A stretch of 64,000 bases of DNA. Source: an uncultured Petrimonas sp. (GTDB lineage: Bacteria; Bacteroidota; Bacteroidia; Bacteroidales; Dysgonomonadaceae). The position numbers were made by a program, and so were the translations under genes. The notes under the pieces were generated by a model, which saw nothing but the letters and a program-made list of their open reading frames with translations, did not search any database and was not told where the DNA came from. Below, piece by piece: positions 26,299 through 36,019 of this stretch (the stretch's first letter is position 1; every line of letters begins with the position of its first letter). Where the stretch lies: assembly GCA_964557135.1 (NCBI GenBank), contig CAZKZB010000008.1, forward strand, positions 14,779-78,778. The letters are read 5' to 3'.

Positions 26299-27357
26299 TT
26301 ACACAGAGGCACTTTTCAGCTTTTCGGCGTACAGTTCAACCGCACTCTCAAAAAGTGACAAAGCATCTTCTAATGTTCCGTAAAACTCTCCGCCCGAAGC
26401 GTTTAAATGTCCTCCTCCGTCAAAAAAACGGGCAGCAAATTCGTTAGTGGGGAAAGTTCCTTGCGAACGGAACGACATTTTAACCAACTCTTCGTCCTCA
26501 CGAATAAAAGCGGAAAAAATAATATTTTTAATGCTAAGCGGATAGTTCACAAATCCTTCGGTATCGCCTTTGTTGTAACTGAATTGTTTTTGATCTTCGA
26601 GCGAAAGCCAAATAAGCGCCGTGTGAAACTCGGGATAAACTTTCATTCGCTGCGATAGGGTAAAACCAAGCAGTCGAAAACGATCTTCGGTGAGGTTGTT
26701 ATAAACGAGCGAGAAGATTTTGTCCTTATCAATCCCCTTACGAAGCAACAGGCTGATAATCAGATAAATTTCCGGATTATTGGAATTGAATGTAAAACCG
26801 CCGGTATCGGCCATCATCCCGCAGTAAATACATTCTGCTATTGTTTTATCTATTTCTTCGTATTTGTCGGCTTGATAAAGCAACCGGAAAACCAACTCGC
26901 TGGTAGATGAAATTTCGGGATGCGAAATAACCACGTCATAGATATCTCCCGGAAAAAGATGATGATCCACCAGTACTTTTTTAGCGTCGGAGTTTTCCAA
27001 AAGCGACGCCATATTTCCAACGCGTTTGGGGATGTTGTAATCGAGACTGAAAATCAAATCCGCATGATCGAAAATAACCTTGGCGGCTTTCGGGTTATAC
27101 TCGTAAATAAGTATTTCGTCGGTACCTGTCATCCATTTCAGAAAATAAGGAAACGAATTAGGCACCATGAGTTTAACATTCTGCTTTTTCTGTTTCAGAA
27201 AATGATACAATCCGAGTGATGCCCCAAGTGCATCGCCGTCGGGCGAGAGATGTGTGGTTATTAAAATCTGGGTGCTGTTCTCAATTAGCTGCTGCACTTG
27301 CTGTACAGATTTCTCGTCAATTACATCCGATAAAGGTTCGAAATAATTCATATGCAA
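26299..27357 (-). CDS. nrnA: DHH/DHHA1 phosphoesterase (NrnA-like oligoribonuclease/pAp phosphatase)
   Basis: 352-aa ORF with motifs HLSPDGDALGA, VDHH and GGGHLNASG. Confidence 0.8.
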   Translation of the reverse strand: MHMNYFEPLSDVIDEKSVQQVQQLIENSTQILITTHLSPDGDALGASLGLYHFLKQKKQNVKLMVPNSFPYFLKWMTGTDEILIYEYNPKAAKVIFDHADLIFSLDYNIPKRVGNMASLLENSDAKKVLVDHHLFPGDIYDVVISHPEISSTSELVFRLLYQADKYEEIDKTIAECIYCGMMADTGGFTFNSNNPEIYLIISLLLRKGIDKDKIFSLVYNNLTEDRFRLLGFTLSQRMKVYPEFHTALIWLSLEDQKQFSYNKGDTEGFVNYPLSIKNIIFSAFIREDEELVKMSFRSQGTFPTNEFAARFFDGGGHLNASGGEFYGTLEDALSLFESAVELYAEKLKSASV

Positions 27358-27447
27358 GACTTAAATCATCAGGGAGAAATAACAAGGTTTCATTTTCCGA
27401 CAATTCCTGATTTCAAATTCACATTTATTTTTGGAAAGCCAAAATTA

Positions 27448-29409
27448 CTAAAAATTTATGAGATACGCCCCATCTTGTACCACATCGTGAACGGAAATCC
27501 CCAAATTTTCGCACTCCCGAACCAGTCTGCTTCTTATATATTGAGGAAGCGAACTATCTAAAACTATTTGCCCGGGTTGAAAAATATAGAGTAATTGTTC
27601 AACAGAAAAAGTATGATCATGAGATAAGATTATCACATCTACATTAAACGGATTGTCTGTTTCAAATTTTTTATAAACGTTTTCTGACAAGCGTAATATC
27701 AATTTCGACGGGTGCGAAATAAAGCCGTTTCTATCCGGTTCTGTATAAACTCGTTTTTTATTTGTGTACACTCCGATGTCACTAAAGTTTGCTTTATTGA
27801 AAACAACCCACTGCGGAGGTTTTTGAGAAATATGTTGATGGGTGAAAGTCAACACAAACAACAACACTACCACCAACGTGGCTATAAGCGTTTTGGCTCT
27901 TTTATCTCTCAGAAATATCGTGAATATCAACAAAGCAGCAATCACCAAAATGGTTTGCGGCAAACTGAGATAGCTATAGAAAATCTGAGAAAAAGGCAGC
28001 ATTTCTATGTAATAGACAATGGATATGACAAGGTTTATCAGCGACACGAGTATCCATCGAAAAAATTCGAACAAGAGACTGACAGCCAATAGCTGGAGCG
28101 ACTTTAGCAACGTAATCAAAATGAGCGGAATGCAACAATAAATGATTAGCATAACCAACGGCACCACCAATAAGTTAGCTATAAAAAAGTAGGTAGGGAA
28201 AGCGCCAAAATAGTACATTACAACCGGTGCCAGCCCCATCTGAGCTGCCACAGATACGGTGCACAAATCCCAAATAAACTTTTTCACCTTATTTTTGGGG
28301 TAATAAAACTTCGCCAACTTCGGCTGAAAGAACAAAATAAAGAAAACAGCCATAAAACTCATCTGAAAACCCACATCGAACAAACTGTGCGGATTGATAA
28401 CGAGAATAACCAACGCGGCCGCGGCCAATGAGTTGTATGTGAATCCTTTTTTATTATGCGCCAAACCCACGCAAACAATGCTAAGCATAATAGTTGCGCG
28501 GACAACCGATGCCGAAAAGCCGGTCATAAAAGCATACAGCCACAACAATATAATAATGAGCGTTTGTTTAAGCGCCACACCTTTTGGGTTTCGCCCGAAA
28601 AATGAGAATAAAAAAGCAAAAACGGCATAAATAATGCTAACGTGCAAGCCACTCACAGCCAACACGTGCGAGGTGCCGGAAGCGCGAAAAGCCGCTCGCA
28701 ATTCGTCGTCTAATTCATGCTTGTATCCAAGTGTAAGTGCCGAAATAAACGAATAAGTCTCGTCGTCTAACTCGAATGAGCGATAAAAATTCAAGGCGGA
28801 CTTTCGAAACTTCTGCGCTAAAACATAGGGCGATATGTTTGTATTTCCGGTGGCGTGCCAGTTTGCCGCAGTTATATAAGCAGTACCGGAAAAGCCTTTG
28901 TTTCGCATAAATCGGGCATAATCGAAATCGTCAGGATTTCCGAAGTTTTTAAACGGCTGAATTCGAGCAACAAAAATAACCTCATCGCACGGACTGATGC
29001 TTCTTGCTTTATCTTCTTTTTGCAAATAAAGCACTACTTTTTTACGAACCGGATAGGCAATTTCCACGTTGCAAGCAAACGAGCGTGGCTTTTCCTGCGG
29101 AATATCAATAACCGTTCCCGTATAAAAAGCCGTTTTTTCAGGAAAAATAAATTCGGTTTGTGCGTTTCTGTACTGATAAGCAATTGTGGTTATTCCAAAT
29201 ATAAAAACGAACGTTCCAACTCCAAAAACCCAGCGATAAGCAAATTGTTTGTTTTCAGCAATAGAATAAGACACAAGCATCACGATTGCTCCGGCAATGC
29301 AAAAAAGGAGCGGAAAAGAAATTTCAAGAGCAAAAGCGGATACAACAATCGCCACAATTGCCGGCAGCAGCAACCGAAAAAAAGGGATTCTGGAGATTAA
29401 ATCGCTCAT
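27448..29409 (-). CDS. comEC: ComEC/Rec2-family competence membrane protein
   Basis: 653-aa polytopic ORF with a DUF4131-like N-terminus. The central Competence domain carries SGTSHVLAVSGLHV. Confidence 0.75.
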   Translation of the reverse strand: MSDLISRIPFFRLLLPAIVAIVVSAFALEISFPLLFCIAGAIVMLVSYSIAENKQFAYRWVFGVGTFVFIFGITTIAYQYRNAQTEFIFPEKTAFYTGTVIDIPQEKPRSFACNVEIAYPVRKKVVLYLQKEDKARSISPCDEVIFVARIQPFKNFGNPDDFDYARFMRNKGFSGTAYITAANWHATGNTNISPYVLAQKFRKSALNFYRSFELDDETYSFISALTLGYKHELDDELRAAFRASGTSHVLAVSGLHVSIIYAVFAFLFSFFGRNPKGVALKQTLIIILLWLYAFMTGFSASVVRATIMLSIVCVGLAHNKKGFTYNSLAAAALVILVINPHSLFDVGFQMSFMAVFFILFFQPKLAKFYYPKNKVKKFIWDLCTVSVAAQMGLAPVVMYYFGAFPTYFFIANLLVVPLVMLIIYCCIPLILITLLKSLQLLAVSLLFEFFRWILVSLINLVISIVYYIEMLPFSQIFYSYLSLPQTILVIAALLIFTIFLRDKRAKTLIATLVVVLLFVLTFTHQHISQKPPQWVVFNKANFSDIGVYTNKKRVYTEPDRNGFISHPSKLILRLSENVYKKFETDNPFNVDVIILSHDHTFSVEQLLYIFQPGQIVLDSSLPQYIRSRLVRECENLGISVHDVVQDGAYLINF

Positions 29410-29442
29410 AAGCCATAAGTTTATGAGTGAAATGAAACAAAA

Positions 29443-30093
29443 CTACAGCGATTTCAGCTCATTGATGGTTTGAACGGGATTATCCGAAGCGAAGATAAAA
29501 CTTCCGGCCACAAGCACATCGGCACCGGCATCAATCAATCGCTTTCCGGTTTCAAGATTTACCCCCCCGTCCACTTCAATTAGCGTTTGGGCATTTTTGC
29601 GAAGAATCATGCTTTTCAGTTCCGAAACTTTCTCTACCGAATGTTCGATGAATTTCTGCCCGCCAAAACCCGGATTAACCGACATCAGTAAAACCATATC
29701 GAGGTCTTTAACAATATCTTCAAGCAGTACAACAGGCGTATGCGGATTAAGTGTAACCCCCGCCTTCATTCCGTGATTTTTAATTTCTCCAACCACTCGG
29801 TGCAAATGGGTGCACGCCTCGTAGTGCACATTCATGTATTCTGCTCCTGCAGCGGCAATTTGGGTAACGAATTTCTCGGGCTGCACAATCATCAGGTGCA
29901 CATCGAGCGGTTTATGCGTTTTTTCTTTCAGTAAGTTTATTATAGGAAATCCGAACGAGATATTGGGGACAAAAACGCCATCCATAATATCAAGGTGTAT
30001 CCAATCGGCTTCGCTCCGATTCAACATTTCGATGTCTTTTTCGAGGTTCAGAAAATTTGCCGACAGTAAAGAAGGTGCAACCAAGTGATTCAT
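29443..30093 (-). CDS. rpe: Ribulose-phosphate 3-epimerase
   Basis: Motifs PSLLSANF, HLDIMDG, DVHLMI and VNPGFGGQ are present. Start set at ATG 30093, because the longer ORF begins with TTG. Confidence 0.9.
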   Translation of the reverse strand: MNHLVAPSLLSANFLNLEKDIEMLNRSEADWIHLDIMDGVFVPNISFGFPIINLLKEKTHKPLDVHLMIVQPEKFVTQIAAAGAEYMNVHYEACTHLHRVVGEIKNHGMKAGVTLNPHTPVVLLEDIVKDLDMVLLMSVNPGFGGQKFIEHSVEKVSELKSMILRKNAQTLIEVDGGVNLETGKRLIDAGADVLVAGSFIFASDNPVQTINELKSL

Positions 30094-30423
30094 ATCAATA
30101 TCAATTTTAAGTGTCAAAGATAATAAAAAGTCAATTGATAATGAACGAATTTAAATGATTAGGCAGTTTTTTCTCTACACGAAGTGAATTTGCGTACTGA
30201 AGAACAATGTAAATACTCAAACGCCCGGGCATTTTTGTATTCATCTTTTCAGGTAGAGAAAAGTGTCGTGAAGAATTGGACATAGCCATAATTGTTGTTT
30301 GTTTTAAGAACGGTTTTATCATTCATTTATTATTCAGACAAACAAAAAATGTCCGAAATTGAGTTAACTTTCTTTTTTTGTGTATCTTTGCACCGTTTAA
30401 AACATAAAAAAAGAAAAAAGATT

Positions 30424-31539
30424 ATGAAAAAATTTTCAATCCTTTTAATGACTGCTATCGTTTTGATTTCTTGTCAAAGCGGCAAAAATTACAAAATTAC
30501 CGGAACAGTTGCTGACCCAGCTTACGAGGGCACAAACGTATATGTTCAGGAAATGAAAGCCAATGAAATGCTGCCGGTTGACACCGCAGTAGTTACCGAC
30601 GGTAAATTTACTTTCGAAGGCGTTGCCGATTCAACCGTACTTCGCTTTATTGCTCTCGATGAGTCGGTTAATCCACAAAAACCGTCCAGAGTGCTTGCCG
30701 TTTTAGAACCGGGCAATATTCAGGTTAATTTCGATTCTGTAATAACTGTTTCCGGCTCAAAGTTGAACGACGTGTACAGCGTATTTAGAAAAGAGCAAGA
30801 CGGTATAAGAAAAGAAATACGTGCGCTATCTCAACAATATCAGGATGCAGAAAGTGCCGGAACCATGACCGAAGAGTTAGACGCCGAGCTTACCGAAAAA
30901 TACGAAAAACTATCGGAAGGTATTACTGCCAAAACAGCCGATTTCATTAAAAGCAACATCACCAATCCGCTCGGAAAATTCTTGTTTATGACTTCATCTC
31001 AAATGTTTGAAACCGAGACCCAGAAAGAAATTCTGGATTTAGCCGATGACGCTTACAAATCGGAAGAAAACATTGTACGTATCATGAAGCGAATTGAAAA
31101 TGCCGAAAAAGTAGCTATCGGTCAAAAATTTGTCGATTTCACGATGCCTGATCCCGACGGAAACGATATTTCGTTGTCGGATTATGCCGGAAAAGGTAAA
31201 GTTGTTCTTGTCGACTTCTGGGCAGCTTGGTGTGGCCCCTGCGTAGCAGAAATGCCAAACGTGGTAGCCGCTTACAACAACTACAAAAGCAAAGGTTTTG
31301 AGGTAGTTGGTGTTTCTCTCGACAGAGAAAAAGAAAAATGGTTGAAAGGAATAAAAGACTTGAATATGACATGGCCGCAAATGTCTGATTTAAAATTCTG
31401 GGAAACTCCCGTTGTAGAGCTCTATGCCTTCCGAGGAATTCCTCACACTGTTCTCTTGGACAAAGACGGAACAATTATTGCTAAAAACCTTCGTGGAGCA
31501 GAATTGCACAACAAACTGAACGAATTGTTGGGAGAATAA
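30424..31539 (+). CDS. TlpA-family thiol:disulfide oxidoreductase lipoprotein
   Basis: Lipoprotein signal MKKFSILLMTAIVLISCQ, then an N-terminal beta-sandwich and a C-terminal thioredoxin fold with WAAWCGPC. Start set at ATG 30424. Confidence 0.85.
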   Translation: MKKFSILLMTAIVLISCQSGKNYKITGTVADPAYEGTNVYVQEMKANEMLPVDTAVVTDGKFTFEGVADSTVLRFIALDESVNPQKPSRVLAVLEPGNIQVNFDSVITVSGSKLNDVYSVFRKEQDGIRKEIRALSQQYQDAESAGTMTEELDAELTEKYEKLSEGITAKTADFIKSNITNPLGKFLFMTSSQMFETETQKEILDLADDAYKSEENIVRIMKRIENAEKVAIGQKFVDFTMPDPDGNDISLSDYAGKGKVVLVDFWAAWCGPCVAEMPNVVAAYNNYKSKGFEVVGVSLDREKEKWLKGIKDLNMTWPQMSDLKFWETPVVELYAFRGIPHTVLLDKDGTIIAKNLRGAELHNKLNELLGE

Positions 31540-31568
31540 TTCTTCACTGTTTCAAGATATTCGGAAAA

Positions 31569-31596
31569 GGCTGCGCAAAAGCGCGGCTTTTTTTTT
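31569..31596 (+). terminator. Intrinsic terminator after the TlpA-like gene
   Basis: GGCTGCGC-AAAA-GCGCGGCT stem (8 bp, including 2 G-U pairs) followed by a run of T residues, 30 nt after the stop. Confidence 0.7.
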
Positions 31597-31720
31597 GTTA
31601 AAAATAGTGTACACGCGCTTTTACATGGCTTTATTATGAAATAATTTCCTATTTTTGTACGAACAAGCGGATGATACGAGTTTATACACGTAATTCTACG
31701 AACTAAAACAGACAGAGACC

Positions 31721-32815
31721 ATGTTGTTACGAATGAAAAAGCTTTTTATTTACTGTTTGGGTTTTTTTTTCCTTATTTCGTCAGAAAGTGTTTTTGCACA
31801 AAAAAAGGGATTCACGGTTGTTATTGACCCCGGGCACGGAGGACGCGATCCGGGCGCTATCGGGTCGAGTTCGAAAGAAAAGGATATTGTTCTTTCTGTC
31901 GGAAAAAAATTGGGTGAGCTCATCAAAAACAATCATCCGGACGTAAATATCGTTTATACGAGAAATACCGATAAATTCGTAGAGCTGAACAAAAGAGCCG
32001 AAATAGCCAACAAAGCGAAAGCCGATTTGTATATATCACTGCACTGCAATGCACTCGACAGAAGAAGAAAGTCGCCGCAAGGCGTGGAAACATTTGTTTT
32101 GGGGCTGCACCGCAGTAAAGACAACTTAGATGTTGCCAAAGCAGAAAACTCGGTAATTCTGTACGAAGACGACTACTCTACCAAGTATCAGGGATTTAAT
32201 CCCAACGAGCCGGAGTCATATATCATCTTCGAGTTTATGACCGACCAATACCTTCAGCAAAGTGTTTATTTCGCGTCATTGGTTCAGAACAGATTAGTAA
32301 ATAACTCGAAAAGAGTTAACAGGAACGTAAGGCAAGCCGGTTTTTTAGTCCTTCGGGAAGTGGCTATGCCCAGTATTCTGGTAGAGTTGGGTTACATTTC
32401 GAACGCTGTGGACGAACGTTATATGAAAACGGAAAGCGGACAGAAATCACTGGCAAACTCCGTCTACTTGGCATTTAAAGAATACAAACGAGAATACGAC
32501 AAAAAAAGCCACGTATTCACCAATCCCGAGCAACGAAACGCTACGAATAACCCTGCACCTGCAACGGAAATTGAAAGTACTGCGGCAAGTGAATATCGGG
32601 TTCAGTTTCTGACAGTATCGCGAAAACTACCCGAAAACTCTCCGCAATTGAAAGGTTTGAAACCGGTGGCCTTTTATATCGATGGCTCAACCTATAAATA
32701 CACATACGGAAGTTCGGGCGACCTTACTGAAATAAACAAAATACTCAAAACCGTTAAAGGCAAATTCAAAGATGCATTCATCGTAGAGTTCAAAGATGGT
32801 AAAAGAGTTAAATAG
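31721..32815 (+). CDS. N-acetylmuramoyl-L-alanine amidase with C-terminal SPOR-like domain
   Basis: 364-aa ORF with Amidase_3 motifs VVIDPGHGGRDPGA and SLHCNA. The C-terminal YRVQFL...KDGKRV resembles SPOR. An alternative start is 31733. Confidence 0.85.
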   Translation: MLLRMKKLFIYCLGFFFLISSESVFAQKKGFTVVIDPGHGGRDPGAIGSSSKEKDIVLSVGKKLGELIKNNHPDVNIVYTRNTDKFVELNKRAEIANKAKADLYISLHCNALDRRRKSPQGVETFVLGLHRSKDNLDVAKAENSVILYEDDYSTKYQGFNPNEPESYIIFEFMTDQYLQQSVYFASLVQNRLVNNSKRVNRNVRQAGFLVLREVAMPSILVELGYISNAVDERYMKTESGQKSLANSVYLAFKEYKREYDKKSHVFTNPEQRNATNNPAPATEIESTAASEYRVQFLTVSRKLPENSPQLKGLKPVAFYIDGSTYKYTYGSSGDLTEINKILKTVKGKFKDAFIVEFKDGKRVK

Positions 32816-32826
32816 AGAAACAATTT

Positions 32827-33729
32827 ATGCAAACTCAAAACAAATTCAGCAGAAATTTCATTGTAGGGGTTTCATTTCTCATTGCCTTGGTTCTCCTCTA
32901 TTTTGGGGTGAATTTTCTGAAAGGCACCAATGTAATGAAAAAGCAAAACACATACGTTGCGCTTTTCGACAACGTATCGGGGTTATATACTTCGTCGCCG
33001 GTATATGTCAACGGATTTCAGATAGGGCTTGTGCGCGACATTAAAATGCACTCGGCGAGTCCCATCAAATTCGCTGTCGATATCAATCTCGAAGGGAACT
33101 ACCGGATACCCAAAGGCAGTTATTTCGAATTTGGTTCAGACCTGCTGGGAGCTTCACAAGTGAATCTTGTTGCAAACGATGCGAATCCCAATTTCTATTC
33201 GGTGGGCGATACATTATTCGGCCGTCAAAAAGCCGATATGATGAGAAGTGCGGCGGGAATGTTACCCAAAGCCGATTCAATAATGATGCAGGTAGATTCT
33301 ATTGTGACAACCCTGAACAAACTCCTCTCTAATCCCATGTGGGAAAAATCTCTGACAGGCATTGGTTCTACCGTTACGCAATTAGATCAATCCAGCCAAA
33401 ACGTAAACGCTATTTTAGCATCGTTGAGGAAAGATTTACCGGCAGTAACACAAAACCTCACCGCCGTTTCAAACGATTTGAAAGATGTTACAGCTGAACT
33501 TAATTCGATGGAACTCCAAAAAACATTCAGTTCTATCGACAACACGGTAGAGAATTTAAAAATATTGTCGTCGAAATTAACCAGCACCGATAATTCGTTG
33601 GGTAAACTGACCAACGATACTCAATTGCACGATAGCTTAACGAACACCATACACACTGCAACAAAATTGCTCGAAGATATACGTGAAAATCCCGAGCGAT
33701 ATTTAAGCATAAGAGTGCGCCTGTTCTAA
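32827..33729 (+). CDS. MlaD/MCE-domain protein
   Basis: 300-aa ORF with a single N-terminal TM, an MCE beta-barrel region (VYVNGFQIGLV) and a helical C-terminus. Confidence 0.7.
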   Translation: MQTQNKFSRNFIVGVSFLIALVLLYFGVNFLKGTNVMKKQNTYVALFDNVSGLYTSSPVYVNGFQIGLVRDIKMHSASPIKFAVDINLEGNYRIPKGSYFEFGSDLLGASQVNLVANDANPNFYSVGDTLFGRQKADMMRSAAGMLPKADSIMMQVDSIVTTLNKLLSNPMWEKSLTGIGSTVTQLDQSSQNVNAILASLRKDLPAVTQNLTAVSNDLKDVTAELNSMELQKTFSSIDNTVENLKILSSKLTSTDNSLGKLTNDTQLHDSLTNTIHTATKLLEDIRENPERYLSIRVRLF

Positions 33730-34105
33730 GTTTCCGAAAATCGAGTCACTTTTGTTGACTTTACGTTATATAGAATCGTTCTAAATATCAAATTTGATTT
33801 TCGGCACTCTTAAACTCGTTGATTGATTGAGTTTAAGTAACAAAATTGTAACTTTTTGGCTACAATTAGGGAATCTGCACACACTTGTCGCAGTGCTCTA
33901 TAAATCAAATGATTACAGCCCTTGACTTTCTGCCAATATACAGAAAATCAACCGATTAAGCCTATCCGACTGATAATTAAGCGGGTGTTTTTATCACAAA
34001 AAAGCAAAAAGAAAAAGGATTTTTTTTTCTCGATTTTTTTTTGAAAATTTGTATTCTCCTAATCAAACAAAACCAGAGAAAAAAGGAAAATCTTTAGTTT
34101 ATTCA

Positions 34106-35506
34106 ATGAACACTGACTATAAAACTTTATGGACGAATTGTCTTGACGTGATTCGGGATATAATCCCCGAAGTCGCGTTCAATACGTGGTTTGCACCCAT
34201 TGTCCCCTTAAAATACGAGGACAACGTGCTCACCATTCAGGTTCCCAGTCAGTTTTTTTACGAGTACCTCGAAGATAAATATATCGATCTTATACAACAA
34301 ACACTTTATCGTAAAATCGGGGAAGGCACCATTCTCAATTACCGCATTCTGGTAGAAACGGAAAGCAACACTACCGTTGATATGCGCGGAGAATCCAAAT
34401 TTCCCGTTTCTGAACGGAAAACCTTAAATCCTATTTCCGTAAAAGTACCTACCCCGTTCGATCGGGTTGAAACTTCGGAATTCGATTCGCAGATTAATCC
34501 CAAATACACCTTCAACAACTTTTTCGAAGGAGAGAGCAACCGCTTGGCACGCACGGCAGCCGAAGCTGTGGGGATGAATCCGGCAAAAACGGCTTTTAAC
34601 CCGCTGTTTGTTTACGGCTACTCGGGCGTGGGAAAAACGCACTTGTGCCACGCCATCGGCTCAAAAGTACTGGAGTTGTACCCCGATAAAAAGGTGCTGT
34701 ACATAACGGCTCACCTTTTTAAGGTGCAGTTCACCGATGCACGCCGTTTCAACACAATAAACGATTTCATTAATTTCTACCAGAGCATTGACGTGCTCAT
34801 TATCGATGACATTCAGGAGCTTTCGGGGTTGGAAAAAACACAAAACACTTTCTTCCACATTTTCAATCACCTGCATCAAAACAACAAGCAGTTAGTCATG
34901 ACATCCGATTGCGCACCTACCGATATGCAAGGCTTGGAAGAGCGTCTTCTTACACGTTTCCGCTGGGGGCTTTCCACCAAATTGGAGCGGCCGGACAAGG
35001 AGTTGCGCAAGAAAATTTTGAAGCACAAAGTATTGACCGACGGACTCACTATTTCTGATCAAGTTATCGATTTTATTGCTGAAAACGTTACAGAAAACGT
35101 ACGCGACCTCGAAGGAATTATCGTATCGCTGATGGCGCACTCCATCATCAACAATCGCGAGATTGATATCAGTTTGGCGCGTCGCGTCATGGAACAAAAC
35201 ATCCGTTACGAGAAGAAAAAAATTACGGTACAGAAAATTCAGGAAACGGTGAGCGATTTCTTCAATGTGAAAAGAGAACTGATCCAGTCGGCATCCCGAA
35301 AAAGGGAGATTGTGCAAGCGCGCCAAGTAACCATGTACTTCATTAAAAAACATACCGAATTATCGCTTTCGCAAATCGGAGTTCACGTGGGAAACCGCAA
35401 CCATGCCACTGTTCTGCACGCCTGTAACACGATAAAAGACTTAACCGATGTAGATAAGAGTTTCCGTTCGGATATCGAAGAAATAGAACGGTTACTGCAA
35501 TCGTAA
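34106..35506 (+). CDS. dnaA: Chromosomal replication initiator protein DnaA
   Basis: Walker A GYSGVGKTHL, Walker B LIIDDIQEL and the domain IV signature VGNRNHATVLHA are present. Start set at ATG 34106, because the ORF track starts at an upstream TTG. Confidence 0.95.
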   Translation: MNTDYKTLWTNCLDVIRDIIPEVAFNTWFAPIVPLKYEDNVLTIQVPSQFFYEYLEDKYIDLIQQTLYRKIGEGTILNYRILVETESNTTVDMRGESKFPVSERKTLNPISVKVPTPFDRVETSEFDSQINPKYTFNNFFEGESNRLARTAAEAVGMNPAKTAFNPLFVYGYSGVGKTHLCHAIGSKVLELYPDKKVLYITAHLFKVQFTDARRFNTINDFINFYQSIDVLIIDDIQELSGLEKTQNTFFHIFNHLHQNNKQLVMTSDCAPTDMQGLEERLLTRFRWGLSTKLERPDKELRKKILKHKVLTDGLTISDQVIDFIAENVTENVRDLEGIIVSLMAHSIINNREIDISLARRVMEQNIRYEKKKITVQKIQETVSDFFNVKRELIQSASRKREIVQARQVTMYFIKKHTELSLSQIGVHVGNRNHATVLHACNTIKDLTDVDKSFRSDIEEIERLLQS

Positions 35507-35595
35507 CTTTTCTCTCTCAGCTAATCTTGAAAAAGGCTCTTCGTGTTTTAGTATGAATTAACAAAAGTGATTTGTATTTTTGTCCGAAGGGACTA

Positions 35596-35738
35596 AATGT
35601 GAATAACCCCGAACGAAGTGCGGGGGCAGATAGACCAATCTTCTACCCAGCCCCGAAGTGGGCTGAACTTCAACCCCTTTGGGGTTGACTTTCGGTGTTG
35701 ACTTGCTACCGTGCGTTTCACACACGGTTATTCATATT
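35596..35738 (+). other. Candidate structured RNA / MITE-like element: four hairpins closed by a long-range stem
   Basis: The closing stem pairs AAATGTGAATAACC with GGTTATTCATATT. Inner hairpins are CCCCG/CGGGG (35607-35625), CAGCCC/GGGCTG (35648-35665), CAACCCC/GGGGTTG (35671-35687) and ACCGTG/CACGGT (35708-35728). The strand is unknown. Confidence 0.35.
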
Positions 35739-36019
35739 GAAGTCCATTCTGACTTATCTTCCCCAATTTTAGCATGACTTTGTATCTTCATCTATTTGCC
35801 GTTACGAGCTTCGTTGGATGGAATCTCCATGTCGTTTTTGTTGGCTGTGGTACGTAACTGCAACTATTCACTACCTGCCAAACCAATTTGTACGCAAAGC
35901 TAAAAGTCAATGGCTAAAAGTTCCTGCCAAAAGCGACTTATCTTTTTTAATTTCGCAAAATTGGTTTTTCCGCAAATATTTTTCTAATTTTGTTGGCGTA
36001 TCATTCATACCGACAGTCG

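Noticed and set aside
33730-34105. oriC call with DnaA boxes upstream of dnaA
   Set aside because: I found no TTATCCACA-like 9-mer cluster by eye, only A/T tracts. It is kept as an open question in the findings rather than called as a feature.
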